64,000 nucleotides of DNA from Octopus vulgaris (taxonomy: Eukaryota). The translations under genes and the position numbers were made by a program. Positions 27,735-40,319 of this stretch are shown here, piece by piece (the first letter of the stretch is position 1; each line of letters starts with the position of its first letter). The stretch lies in assembly GCA_951406725.2 (NCBI GenBank), contig OX597835.1:9858001-9922000 (forward strand). Reading direction: 5' to 3'. The notes beneath the pieces are model-generated. The model searched no databases, was not told the DNA's origin, and worked only from the letters and a program-made list of their open reading frames with translations.

Positions 27735-28260
27735 AATCTACATAACCTTGCACGCACAGGCTGATGTTGACAGATTATATGTTTCTTTATATTTCTACGG
27801 AGACAGACAAGATGGAAGATGTATAGTGATAAGTGATGCAGGCGAGGCGGTGATATAGGCGGAGGAGGTTGAGTAAATAAGTTGCTGTGATCGGGTGCTT
27901 TCATAAGAGTGTGAGGAGAGGGTTTCTTAAGTAGAAGAATAGGAGGGGAAAAAATATAAAATATTCATAACCAAAAAAAGAACTGATATGAAAAGAGAAA
28001 GTGAAAGTGAATTTTTTTTATTTTTTGTTATTTCTACAAAATACCGACGGTTATCAAATTATCATTGCAACGGTTATTGAAGAATATTCTGAAGAGTCAA
28101 AGTGTTTGATGCTAGCAATGCAAGAACAAATACTGAGAACGAGATTCCTCAGAAACAATAAAGAACCTGGAGACATTTTGGCTGCATGTAGGATGGTTGG
28201 TGAAAGAGAAGATACGTTTGTATGTGTGGTGTGCGAATATATAATACTTCTTTCACTTGT
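27735..28260 (+). mobile_element. Second, highly decayed R4/Dong-like fragment
   Basis: HAQADVDRLYV and ESKCLMLAMQEQILRTR...CRMVGEREDT parallel motifs in 25350-26603. Confidence 0.55.
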
Positions 28261-28338
28261 CTGAATTATTTGGCTGCGGCCATGCTGGAGCACCGCCTGC
28301 GAGAATTTTAATCGAACGAATCGGCCCCAGTACTAATA

Positions 28339-28936
28339 TATTTCTTTATTGCCCACAAGGGGATAAACATAGAGGGGACAAACAAGGACAGACAAAGGGA
28401 TTAAGTCGATTACAACGACCCCAGTGCGAAACTGGTACTTAATTTATCGACCCCGAAAGGATGAAAGGCAAAGTCGACCTCGGCGGAATTTGAACTCAGA
28501 ACGTAACAACAGACGAAATACCTATTTCTTTATTACCCACAAGGGGCTAAACATAGAGGGGACAAACAAGGGCAGACAAAGAGATTAAGTCGATTACAAC
28601 GACCCCAGTGCGTAACTGGTGCTTAATTTATCGACCCCGAAAGGATGAAAGGCAAATTCGACCTCGGCGGAATTTGAACTCAGAACGTAACGCAGACGAA
28701 ATACCTATTTCTTTATTACCCACAAGGGGCTAAACACAGAGGGGACAAACAAGGACAGACATAGGTATTAAGTCGATTATATCGACCCCAGTGCGTAACT
28801 GGTACTTAATTTATTGACCCCGAAAGGATGAAAGGTATAGTCGACCTCGGCGGAATTTGAACTCAGAACGTAACGCAGACGAAATACCGCTAAGCATTTC
28901 ATCTGGCGTGCTAACGATTCTGTCAGCTCACCGCCT
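28339..28936 (-). mobile_element. Family B SINE trimer (one head plus three ~184-bp body units), nested in a family C SINE
   Basis: Units start at 28341, 28525 and 28708; 18-bp TSD TCGGCCCCAGTACTAATA at 28321-28338 and 28937-28954. Confidence 0.9.
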
Positions 28937-29250
28937 TCGGCCCCAGTACTAATAGTTTTAAGCCTAGCACCGACTGCTTTTTTTTTTTTTTACAGAATTG
29001 CCAAATAAGGAGGACGTAAACGCACCAACACTCAAAACTAAATACTGTGTCAACTGTTTTATGCGAATTTTACCCGGCACCATCTCACACATTGATCGCA
29101 TGGCACCGGATCCTACATGAAAAACCGCTCACGTCGACTTTCATCATGTCGCCCATCGCACGTTGTCTGCCAGCACGAACTCACACGCCACATGGGCAAT
29201 AGTATAATGTTTATACTTCGCCTACACCGTAAAAGCGCCAGAATCATACC

Positions 29251-29409
29251 TATTTCTTTACTACTCACACGGGGCTAAACACAGATGGGACAAACAAGGA
29301 CAGACAAACGGATTAAGTCGATTACATCGACCCCGCTGCGTAACTGGTACTTAATTTATCGAATCCGAAAGGAGGAAAGGCAAAGTCGACCTCGGTAGAA
29401 TTTGAACTC
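29251..29409 (-). mobile_element. 5'-truncated family B SINE
   Basis: 19-bp TSD AAAGCGCCAGAATCATACC at 29232-29250 and 29410-29428. Confidence 0.9.
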
Positions 29410-30371
29410 AAAGCGCCAGAATCATACCACCTATGCTTTAAACTGTCACGTGACCACAAAGAACATCTTTTTACGTCTTCGCTTGCAAATCAGAGAGCGG
29501 TGTTCTAATTCGCGCCACACGAATGAAAAATTATCAGAATATAATTTTTTTCGTTCGTAGTAATATATTAGGTATAAGCAGAAGGAATGACAAACCATTT
29601 CTGCTGATAGAAGTAAAGGAAGGAACAAATAGAAAACTAACCTCAGTCCATTACTGATAGAATATTCCAACGAGAATTTTCAAAGGGTACATCCCTTGAC
29701 TTGTTTTCTACCTGGCAATAACACATTTAATCAACACGTCAAATCCGTTTGGATTCCGACAGAAATGACAAGGAAGGGCAAGCACTTTTTTCCTTTCTTT
29801 TGTGTGTTTTTTAAAGAATTGTCTCAGGTTGCAGGCTGTAGATTATTAACAACTTGAAACATTGTTATAGGGATTATCTGTGCGTACGAGGAGAACTGAT
29901 CAGAGATCAGGATAAGAAAATGCTCGAAGAAAATTTGGCGAAGACAGGAATATTAATGAAGTGGAATGTTTCTGTGTTGAGAATGTTACAGATAAAAGAT
30001 TTAAGGTCACACAAACATTTATCAATACTTCGATGTCGATCAGTCTGACAGATCACACACACATACAAACATATTCACGCATACACACACAAACATACAT
30101 AAACACAAATATACACCTACCTATACACACACACATCAGAGAAAGAAAAGGTTAGGAAGAAATATGATACTTGCATTCGAAAAATGATTAAAATTAAATT
30201 AGAATTTTTCACTACGTACACAAGACACGCAGATCTGAGATCGTCATTGCAACGAAAGCACGCTATAATTATTGTATTATAATATTATTAATAATAATCA
30301 TCATTTCTGAAACGGGCAAAAGGCCTAAACTTTCAGGAGAGTGGAGGTTAGTCGATTACATCTACCCCCAA

Positions 30372-30775
30372 GGCGGTGAGCTGGCAGAAACGTTAGCACG
30401 CCGGGCGAAATGCTTAGCGGTATTTCGTCTGTCTTTACGTTCTGAGTTCAAATTCCGCCGTGGTCGACTTTGCCTTTCATCCTTTCGGGGTCGATTAAAT
30501 AAGTACCAGTTACGCATTGGGGTCGATATAATCGACTTAATCCGTTTTCTGTCCTTGTTTGTCCTCTCTGTGTTTAGCCCCTTGTGGGTAGTAAAGAAAT
30601 AGGTATTTCGTCTGTCTTCACATTCTGAGTTCAAATTCCGCCGAGGTCGACTTTGCCTTTCATCCTTTCGGGGTCGATTAAATAAGTACCATTTACGCAC
30701 TGGGGTCGATTTAATCGACTTAATCCATTTGTCTGTCCTCTCTGTGTTTAGCCCCTTGTGGGTAGTAAAGAAATA
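30372..30775 (+). mobile_element. Family B SINE dimer nested in an older related copy
   Basis: Head GGCGGTGAGCTGGCAGAAACGTTAGC...GAGTTCAAATTCC; second unit joined at AAAGAAATA|GGTATTTCG; TSD approximately GATTACATCTACCCC(C)AA. Confidence 0.88.
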
Positions 30776-31194
30776 GATTACATCTACCCCAATGTGCAGC
30801 TGGTACTTGTTATATTGATGCTGAAAGAATGGAAAGCAAAACCGACCTCGACTGGATTTGAAATCAGATGGAAAAAATGTTGGAACAAATGCCGCAAATC
30901 GTTTTTGCCGATGCTCTATCGATTTTGCCGGCTCACTGCCATAGCTAGAAAGTAGGTAACCCTTCCTCAGTGCATCAAAAATTTCCATTTATGTTGATGA
31001 GATGTAAAAGTAGAAAATCGAAAATGTACGTCGACAAGTTTGAAAAATATCCAATAGATTATTAGCGGAGTGTAACTGCACTTTACTTAAAATGAGACGA
31101 TATTGCGAATGGTCCGAGTAAATGGCGATTGGTTCGATATCACATCTAAAAGACTTTAACAGAATACAAGATAAGTGGAAAGTGGGAAGATGTA

Positions 31195-31678
31195 ACACAC
31201 ACACACAAACACACACACACATACACGCACCACTAACGCACACGCACGCACACACACTAACACACGCACACACATACACGCACTAACACACATACACACA
31301 CACGCACACAAGCACACTCCACACACACACACACACTCACACACTAACACACACTCACGCACACACACTAACACACACACCAGCACACACACACTAGCAC
31401 ACACACACTCACACACACACTAGCACGCACACACTAACACACACTCACGCACACACACACACTAACACACACACACCAGCACACACACACTAGCACACAC
31501 ACTCACACTAACACACGCAAACACACATACACACACTAGCACACACACATACACACACACGCACACACACACACTCCACACACTCACACTCCACACACAC
31601 ACACTAACACACATACACACTCACGCACACACACACGCACGCACACACACAGATACACACACTCATACACACACACAT
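31195..31678. repeat. Degenerate (CA)n low-complexity tract
   Basis: Direct reading. Confidence 0.95.
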
Positions 31679-32899
31679 AAGAAATTACAACCAACACTAA
31701 TGGAAACCATATTCTTCAGACCAAATTTAGAATAGAAGGATGTATTTTGAATCTGCTGCATCACAAGTGCGGAGAGAGAGTTTTTCTAACTCCGCACTGT
31801 CATGATCGAATCATGTGCTATTTCGTGTTAATAACGACAATCAAAAACACTAAAGGCCAAATCCTGCAGCTTCAGTCGCAAAAATGAAGAATAGGATGAA
31901 TTAAAAGGAGAGAAATACATTTCTACTTCAGACATCTATTTTTATTGTTACACTCCACTGTTGTGGAAAAATAAACAAGACGATCAGAATATCTGCATTT
32001 AACACCTGGGAAGAAAATAATGGTGAATTAAAAATAAATTTGGTTCCCAGCAGGCGAAATAATTTAAAGATATATTCTGAAAAATTCAGCAAGTTATCAG
32101 ACATAGAAATCGTGAAAAGAAAATGATAATAGTAAAAGTACAAACGTCCAAAAATAAAAATAAAAAATCAGATAATGAAAATAAAAATATTGAAGTTAAA
32201 ATCATTGGAGATGTTAACCACAAAAATTAGATATCGCATTTGAAATTGGAGGAAAGTTACAAACCACAATAAATCGAAACCGTTGCTTAGATAGACAATA
32301 ATAATTAACCATCGCCGAAGCAAAGCAACGCAGACGAAAATATAGTCAAAGGTGAAATGGAGAATGATTGAAGAACATAAATTTCGAATGTAACAAAACT
32401 GGTTTCAAATTCTGAAACAATTTTAGGGGGAGAATGGTTAGTCAGTTATCTCAACACCAGGGCTGAACTGGGGTCTTCTTTCCTGACCCTGAAAAAGTAA
32501 AAGGAAATGTTGATGATGACGAGATTTGAACTTAAAATGTAAAGAGCCGAATAGTAATATCGCTAAGCACTCGTCTACACGTTAACGATTTTGCCTGCTC
32601 GCTGCAAGGCCAATTGTGCCAACAAAATGCTTAAAATAATCAATAAATTAAAATCGATTATAGACCTTAGTATTAAAAAAGAAAAGCCTAATCAAATTAG
32701 AATATTAACCATAAAATAGCAACGAGTTAATGAAAATAGAAAGTTAGCCATTACAGAGTTAATAACAGCAAATGCGAACTTCAATAAATGCGACAGCCGT
32801 GAAAGATGAAAAGAAAATTAGGAATTCTTTGATATCAACTCATATAGGAATATCGCTATTTAAACTATGGAAAAGGATAGCGCAGTTAAAGGAATGCCA

Positions 32900-33420
32900 A
32901 GAGAAAGTTCCAGATAAAAAGTACAGCATCTGAACACTTAACAGAAACCATGTCAGCTTGAGACGTCGGCCAGAAGTTACAAGGAAATGAAGAACTAGAA
33001 GACATCAAAGAATTATGAAGTCCCAAATCTCTAGTTGGAATATTTAATGATCTTCTGAAAAAGCCCGAAAGAGTTACTGCCTGTTTCACCAAGAGGAAAC
33101 ACATCTAATCCTTCTAAATAAAAAAGTTGCAGGCCTCGAAAAGTTCAACCCTATAAACTGCTTTTTTTTATATCTTTCAATGATTCTCCGACAATAATAT
33201 CGCTGATGATAAATAAGTGTAAAATATATTTATTTCTAGTAGAAGAGAAAATGTACTGTAAGGGGACGTAGAGACGTGTGATTATAATTAAAGTCTCTGA
33301 TTATAATCATCCGTCTTCTTGGGTAAAGAAACCATAATGGAATTTTGAAACAACAGAATGAAAAGATGAGAGTAAAAAACCATAATGAACACAAACAGGG
33401 ATGTGAGAAGTATTTGAGGA
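32900..33420 (+). mobile_element. Very decayed non-LTR RT fragment (R4-like)
   Basis: DLLKKPERVTACF..., LIL...EKFNPINCF resemble the pre-RT TxLIPK...YRPITCL block; many stops. Confidence 0.35.
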
Positions 33421-34570
33421 TATATTTGCTAATTTAATTCACCATTTATCTCTTTCACGTTGCTTCAGTCCATTCGGCTGCAAAGGAGCGAACCTATGAT
33501 GGACTGGCCCCATGTCCGATCTCTGTCATACATACCCAGTGGAAACCGGTTGACAGGCTCTATTGAGTCCTTCGTGGTCCTGGAGGTTAAGATGTTGCTC
33601 TCATGATTGCAGGATAATGGTTTCGGTTCTAGGACCGGGTGGTGCGTTATGTCCTCAAACAATGCATTTCATCTCACGGGTCGAAACAGGACTCTTACTA
33701 GGTCTTCTCGAAAAACATTTAAATCTTGGAATTCTGACAAAGTAAAATGCAAACAATTTCTTCAAGTCACGCAGATATATACCTTGTATTATTCAAGCAA
33801 CCAAAAACAAAACTGATTTTTTTCCCTTCTCAGTCCATACAACGTCTCTACTATAAAGTATGAACCGCATCCTGCTCCCGTGACTTAAGATAAGGAACTG
33901 CATCTAATTCCCTTATTTATTTACAGTTAAATGTCAAGTGTTTTGGCGGTGCGGGTTCTAGGATACGAACTCTCTACTCGCCATAGATTTGGCAGCCAAT
34001 TGCAGACATCTTAAACATACAGAATTGAAATTAATGATGCGGTAACTAATATCAAGTGACTTGTTAATTTTAATGCAACGCAATCAGGAAAATAGCTAAT
34101 TACATTAATGCATGAAACGGCAACAAAAGATCGAAATAACTCATTAGCGTTCGGGGAAATTCATTTACACGTTTTCATATCGTATTTTTTTCCCTAGTTT
34201 TATTCGTTTAATACAGCAGATCACAATACATTGCTAACAACATCTAATTAGTCGCTAATGGCTTTCTGTTCCGCTTCACTAAACCAAACCATATAATTAT
34301 TCATAGACCTCAGTACTCCGTTACATAGTAAATAGGCTTATGGACATTGGGTTTCTACCCACAAGAGGCTTACGGCCGATGGATACATTGGATAATTCCA
34401 CAATCGTTTCTTTTTCTATTACCATCAGTATTCAGTCAGAACTGTACATTACAGTCATAGCTTAAACAATATCACTTTCATCACAAAGTAAACTTGCAGA
34501 TAACAGGGTGAAAGAAACATGAAACACAGATTCTCTATTCTCTTGTGTCTTTCTCTCCTCCTCATCAACA

Positions 34571-34641
<71 letters not shown>

Positions 34642-35058
34642 GCTAATATCAGCTCTTGTGTTAACAGTGATAATATCTACATTTTTAATTAATGTTATCT
34701 TCGTTAAGTAAATATCAAATAATTGGTTATCTTCCCGGCCATTTTCTAAAATATAGGTCTTTCAGTCAGTCGCGTTACATTCATACTTTGGCGAGATACA
34801 TTGGTCTAATACTAACTGGCTAGATCAACAGAGACAGATATCTAACTATGGGGTAGACAGTTATGATAAACCGCCACTGAGCACAGATTTTAACGACAGG
34901 AGAATTCTGTATTTAATAAATGCTTATTTACTCCGTTCCATTATATTCCTTGGCTCAAATCTTCAGGGAATTGAACGACAGAAGACTGAAAACTCAGAAA
35001 TCAGGAAAACACATCAAGTATTCAATTCTCTCGTCGATGTTTACAACTTATAAAATTA

Positions 35059-35440
35059 CTAGCAGTATCGCCCGGCGTTGCTCGGGTTTGTAAGGGAAAT
35101 AACTATAAAGCATTTTTAGAGAGTTATAGCAAAAAAATAGAAAAAAATGGAAAAAAAATTATGGTAAATTTTTTTGAGAGTTAAAAAGGTCGAGTTGCGG
35201 CCCCTAGACAGTCTGTGGTTTGTGTTTCTGATTCTCGACCCCATGTCGAATTTATCGATTTTTTTCAGAACTGGGGGAACTTTTTATAATTTTCGCTGCG
35301 TTAGTTTTGAATTATGACATTGGGCTATGTGTGTGTCAAGTTTCATCAGAATCGGTTGAAAGCCATGGTCAGGGTGAGGGTACAACCTGACAGACACACA
35401 GACACACAGACAGACAAACTGCCGTTTATATATAGAGAGA
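35059..35440 (-). mobile_element. Non-autonomous Helitron (mosaic)
   Basis: A|CTAG...TATAGAGAGA|T; 3' end shared with 22401-22797, 5' half shared with 44349-44756. Confidence 0.88.
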
Positions 35441-35696
35441 TAGTAGTGCACAACAGAAATAATGGTATCTTTTGTGGTTAGCTTTATAAGTTTTGTCGAT
35501 CATGAAGGGATCAAAGCACTTGGTTTCATAGTTATTTTAAACTTACAAATGAGAACGATAAAGATTTTCGAAACTTAATATTTTTAACGTTGAGGTCATG
35601 TGGCCGAAATTAAATTCTCCGCCGTAGTTTCACTGTATCTAAGAATATACATTGATTCACTTCACCAAATTTCGGAATTGTAAAAGAATACTTATA

Positions 35697-35897
35697 TGAT
35701 GGAATGCTTAAAAGCTCCTGACTTTCAGAGTATCAGAAAAGGCCTGGTGGAAGGCCCAACTTTCCGAGTTCTTTTACAGGGCTTAGAAAAAATGAAGGAC
35801 CGCTGCAATAAGTGTGTGAATCTGAGAGGGGAATAAAATCGTAATTTACTGATCCTCCTTCGGTTACTCAAAGCCAACAACTTTTCAGCAGCCCTCG
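35697..35897 (+). mobile_element. Mariner-derived MITE
   Basis: Imperfect TIRs flanked by TA; residual FLQGLEKMKDRCNKCVNLRGE resembles the mariner C-terminal RWxKCVxxxGxY. Confidence 0.7.
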
Positions 35898-36029
35898 TAT
35901 ACTTCACTTACCTACGATATATTAGTGTGTTTTTTTTTACCTGTATTTACAATTGACTATCAGGCACTTAACTGAATACAAAACCAGGATTAAGGGCTGA
36001 TTTCACTTATGTTCTGACATATTTATTAT

Positions 36030-36240
36030 CTTAGCACGCCGGGCGAAATGCGTAGCCGTATTTCGCCTGCCGTTACGTTCTGGGTTCAAATTCCGCCGAG
36101 GTCGACTTTGCCTTTCATATTTTCGGGGTCGATAAATTAAGTACCAGTTACGCACTGGAGTCGATGTAATCGACTTAATCCGTCTGTCTGTCCTTGTTTG
36201 TCCACTCTGTGTTTAGCCCCTTGTGGGTAGTAAAGAAATA
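36030..36240 (+). mobile_element. Family B SINE
   Basis: Matches the monomer of 30372-30775. Confidence 0.88.
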
Positions 36241-36676
36241 TATTATCTTTCCATACTTCAATAATTAATGATAATATATTTTTTAATGATGCAATTTTCT
36301 TAATCTTATATAAAACGAGGTAAACAGAAGCAATTATGGAATAATTTTCGCTTGTTTAATAAACTTTGCATTTTAATAAACTCTTAGTGATTGTGAATAA
36401 GATCTTCGTCTCCAGTAATTGCCCAGGGTTCTGCAAAGACAAAAAACCTTTCTACTTACAAAAAATATATTCAAAGAATGGAGATGAAATACTAAAGATG
36501 ATTCCGAAGACGCAGCTGTTGTTGTATTGTAAAGCAACCTGAATTTAACGTTTAATGGAGAAATTAAAAAATTTTTCATGGATAATTGTGTGCGGCAGAA
36601 TGGTGCCAAATATCAGAGAAAGAGTCAATTTATAATTGCGTTAATGAAGATAACAATATAATTTTTAATAACATGT

Positions 36677-37222
36677 GTTGACGGCGGCGGTGGTGTTGGT
36701 CGTGGTGGTAGTGTTTGTGGTGGTCGTGGTGGTCGTGGTGGTCGTGGTGGTGTTGGTCGTGGTGGTGGTGTTGGTGGTCGTGGTGGTGGTCGTGGTGGTC
36801 GTGGTGGTCGTGGTGGTCGTGGTGGTCGTGGTGGTGGTGTTGGTCGTGGTGGTGGTCGTCGTGGTGGTGGTGTTGGTCGTGGTGGTGGTGTTGGTCGTGG
36901 TGGTGGTGTTGGTCGTGGTGGTGGTGGTGTTGGTCGTGGTGGTGGTGGTGTTGGTCGTGGTGGTGGTGGTGGTGGTCGTGGTGGTGGTGGTGTTGGTCGT
37001 GGTGGTGGTGTTGGTCGTGGTGGTCATGGTGGTGATGGTTGTGGTGGCGGCGACGGTGTTGGTCGTGGTGGTCGTGGTGGTCATGGTGGTGGTGGTCGTG
37101 GTGGTGGTGGTGGTGGTGATGGTTGTGGTGGCGGCGACGGTGTTGGTCGTGGTGGTGGTGGTGTTGGTCGTGGTGGTGGTCGTGGTGGTCGTGGTGGTGG
37201 TGGTGGTCGCGGTGGTGGCAGG
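36677..37222. repeat. (GTG/GTC/TTG)n trinucleotide low-complexity tract
   Basis: Direct reading; source of the poly-T and poly-V ORFs. Confidence 0.95.
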
Positions 37223-37402
37223 GTGTATAAATTTTGTCATAGTAATTAATGTTGATGCCCGTTTTAAATAATGCTTTGTAAAGCTCTTTGTCGTTAATTT
37301 AATCAGATGGTCTGATGCGTTGTCACAAAAAAAAAATAAAATTTAAAAAAAGAAAAAATGTCTAATATTTCAAAAGTAACAAGCTGAACATCAACCTCAG
37401 TG

Positions 37403-37439
<37 letters not shown>

Positions 37440-37685
37440 TGCATGCATATGTACACATATTACAACCATCCCTACATGTCTTCATAAACTAGTAAAATTC
37501 TTTACAAAATGTTATTCTTCAAAAATTTTCTAGCTGCGTCTGTCGTCATCGTCGTCGTCAAGACATTATTAAGCCTATTGACATCGATGTAGCTATTGTT
37601 ATTACTGTTCCTAATGTTGTTGCTGTTGTTGTTGTTATTGTTGTCGTCGTCTTTGCTGTTGCTGTTCATTGCGACGACGACGACG

Positions 37686-38051
37686 AAGAAGAAGAAGAAG
37701 AATGAGAAGAAGAAGAAGAAGAAGAAGAAGAAGAAGAAGAAGAAGAAGAAGAAGAAGAAGAAGAAGAAGAAGAAGAAGAAGAAGAAGAAGAAGAAGGGAG
37801 AAGAAGAAGAAGAAGAAGAAGAAGAAGAAGAAGAAGAAGAAGAATGAGAAGAAGAAGGGTGGGAAGAAGAAGAAGAAGAAGAAGAAGAAAGAGAGAAGAA
37901 GAAGAAGAAGAAGAAGAAGAAGAAGAAGAGAAGAAGAAGAAGAAGAAGAAGAGAAGGAGAAGAAGAAGAAGAAGAAGAAGAAGAAGAAGGGGAGAAGAAG
38001 AAGAAGAAGAAGATGGGGAAGAAGAAGAAGGAGAAGAAGAAGGAGAAGAAG

Positions 38052-38082
<31 letters not shown>

Positions 38083-38281
38083 GGAAGAAAAAGAAGAAGA
38101 AAAATAAGAAGAATGAGAAGGAGAAGAAGAATGAGAAGAAGAAGAAGAAGAAGAAGAAGAAGAAGAAGAAGAAGAAGAAGAAGAAGAAGAAGAAGAAGAA
38201 GGGGGAGAAGAAGAAGTGGAAGAAGAAGAAGAAAAATAAGAAGAATGAGAAGGAGAAGAAGAATGAGAAGAAGAAGAAGAA

Positions 38282-38340
<59 letters not shown>

Positions 38341-38436
38341 AGAAGAAGATGATGAGAAGAAGACGAAGAGAAGAAGAAAGAAGAAGAAGAAGAAGAAGAA
38401 GAAGAAGAAGAAGAAGAAGAAGAAGAAGAAGAAGAA
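37686..38436. repeat. (GAA)n polypurine tract with higher-order duplication
   Basis: The variant block GTGGAAGAA...AAATAAGAAGAATGAGAAGGAGAAGAAGAATGAG occurs twice. Confidence 0.95.
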
Positions 38437-39048
38437 AAAGGTGAGCTCCGTTGACGATAGCGACCTCACAGATTGTTGTCAAGCCGGTTTCAATGGACGT
38501 TTGTCTGCGCGTTATGTTTCAAAGAGGATCTAATATTTTGACAAGCTATCTGATCGTTTTAAATGGAGAGGAAATTAATTATACAAGCATAATGAGAAAA
38601 ATTAACATTTCTTCATTATGTTTGCTTAATTAATTTATTCTCTATGAAATTGATGCTATTATAATTCACATCATTTTCATATAAATATACCTGGCTTTAT
38701 TTTTTTTTTATTCTATTTTTAACATTATTCTTTGAGAATCTCGCAGCACCAAACATGTGAACCGGTTTTCTTGTTTCTTTTATCTTTTACTTGTTTCAAT
38801 CATTAGAACGTGGCCACGCTGGAGCACTACCTTGAAGGGTTTACACGACCCCAGTTCAATTTTCCTGTAAGCCTGGTACCTGCTTTGTCGATTCTTATCG
38901 CCGAACCGTTAAGTTACGATGACAAAAACAAACTGACACGCTAATTTCACGAGTACGCTGGTCTGTTGACCGGATCAACTGGAACACTAGTCGTCGTAAC
39001 CGGCGGAGGACCAGTTTACACATTGCATCGTACGAATTTTTGTTCTTA

Positions 39049-39433
39049 GTGGAGGCGCAATGGCCCAGTGGTTAGGTCAGCGGACACGCGGTCATAGGAT
39101 CGCGGTTTCGATTCCCAGACCGGGCGTTGTGAGTGTTTATTGAGCGAAAACACCTAAAGCACCACGAGGCTCCGGCAGGGGATGGTGGTGATCCCTGCTG
39201 TACTCTTTCACCACAACTTTCTCTCACTCTTACTTCCTGTTTCTGTTGTACCTGTATTTCAAAGGGCCGGACTTGTCACTCTCTGTGTCACGCTGAATAT
39301 CCCCGAGAACTACGTTAAGGGTACACGTGTATGTGGAGTGCTCAGTCACTTACACGTTAATTTCACGAGCAGGCTGTTCCGTTGATTCGGATCAACCGGA
39401 ACCCTCATCGTCGTAACCGACGGAGTGCTTCCA
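39049..39433 (+). mobile_element. SINE family A, tail type 1, full length
   Basis: Head and tail as 7810-8197; short A tail; TSD approximately TTTTGTTCTYAGT. Confidence 0.92.
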
Positions 39434-39930
39434 AAAAAAAAAACTTTTGTTCTCAGTTGAAGTTTTATAGTTTTGAAGTGATGTCTATTTTGCCACTCTG
39501 AAGACCTTTCAAGCATGAAAACAAATCTTTCGCTTCTGAACTAACGATCTGTTAAGGTTTCATGAGTGACTTTTCATGTTCACTTAATGTATGAAGCTAA
39601 TATGGTCTGAATAACTAAGGGGGGTATTAATCGTGATTTTTGTTCACTCTTCATTTCGTTTGTAAATGATTGAGGAGTCTAACGCATTTTTCATCTCTCT
39701 CAACTCTTTAACATTAAATTCAGGTCGGCTTAATTGTGTTAGAACACACATGACCAAATGTCATTGGTTATGAGCGTTATAGAAATAAAAACAAAATCAT
39801 CGTGTGTATATGTGGATGTCCATACAAACTGCAATAACGAACTTCAACTTTGATTTCAAATCACAGCGCTGTGAATAAGAATGAATTCAATCAATAAAAC
39901 TAACTTCTATATCTGCTACTGAACAACATG

Positions 39931-40319
39931 TGGTGTGGAAGCACTCCGTCGGTTACGACGACGAGGGTTCCGGTTGATCCGATCAACGGAACAGCCTGCT
40001 CGTGAAATTAACGTGTAAGTGGCTGAGCACTCCACAGACACGTGTACCCTTAACGTAGTTCTCGGGGATATTCAGCGTGACACAGAGAGTGACAAGGCCG
40101 GCTCTTTGAAATACAAGTACAACAGAAACAGGAAGTAAGAGTGAGAGAAAGTTGTGGTGAAAGAGTACAACAGGGATCACCAGCATCCCCTGCCGGAGCC
40201 TCGTGGTGCTTTAGGTGTTTTCGCTCAATAAACACTCACGACGCCCGGTCTAGGAATCGAATCCGCGATCCTACGACCGCGAGTCCGCTGCCCTAACCAC
40301 TGGGCCATTGCGACTCCAC
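39931..40319 (-). mobile_element. SINE family A, tail type 1, full length
   Basis: TSD ACTGAACAACATG at 39918-39930 and 40318-40330. Confidence 0.92.

Noticed and set aside
36665-37271. Mucin-like poly-Thr ORF
   Set aside because: Pure trinucleotide tract open in multiple frames, without a signal peptide, flanking domains or convincing splice sites.
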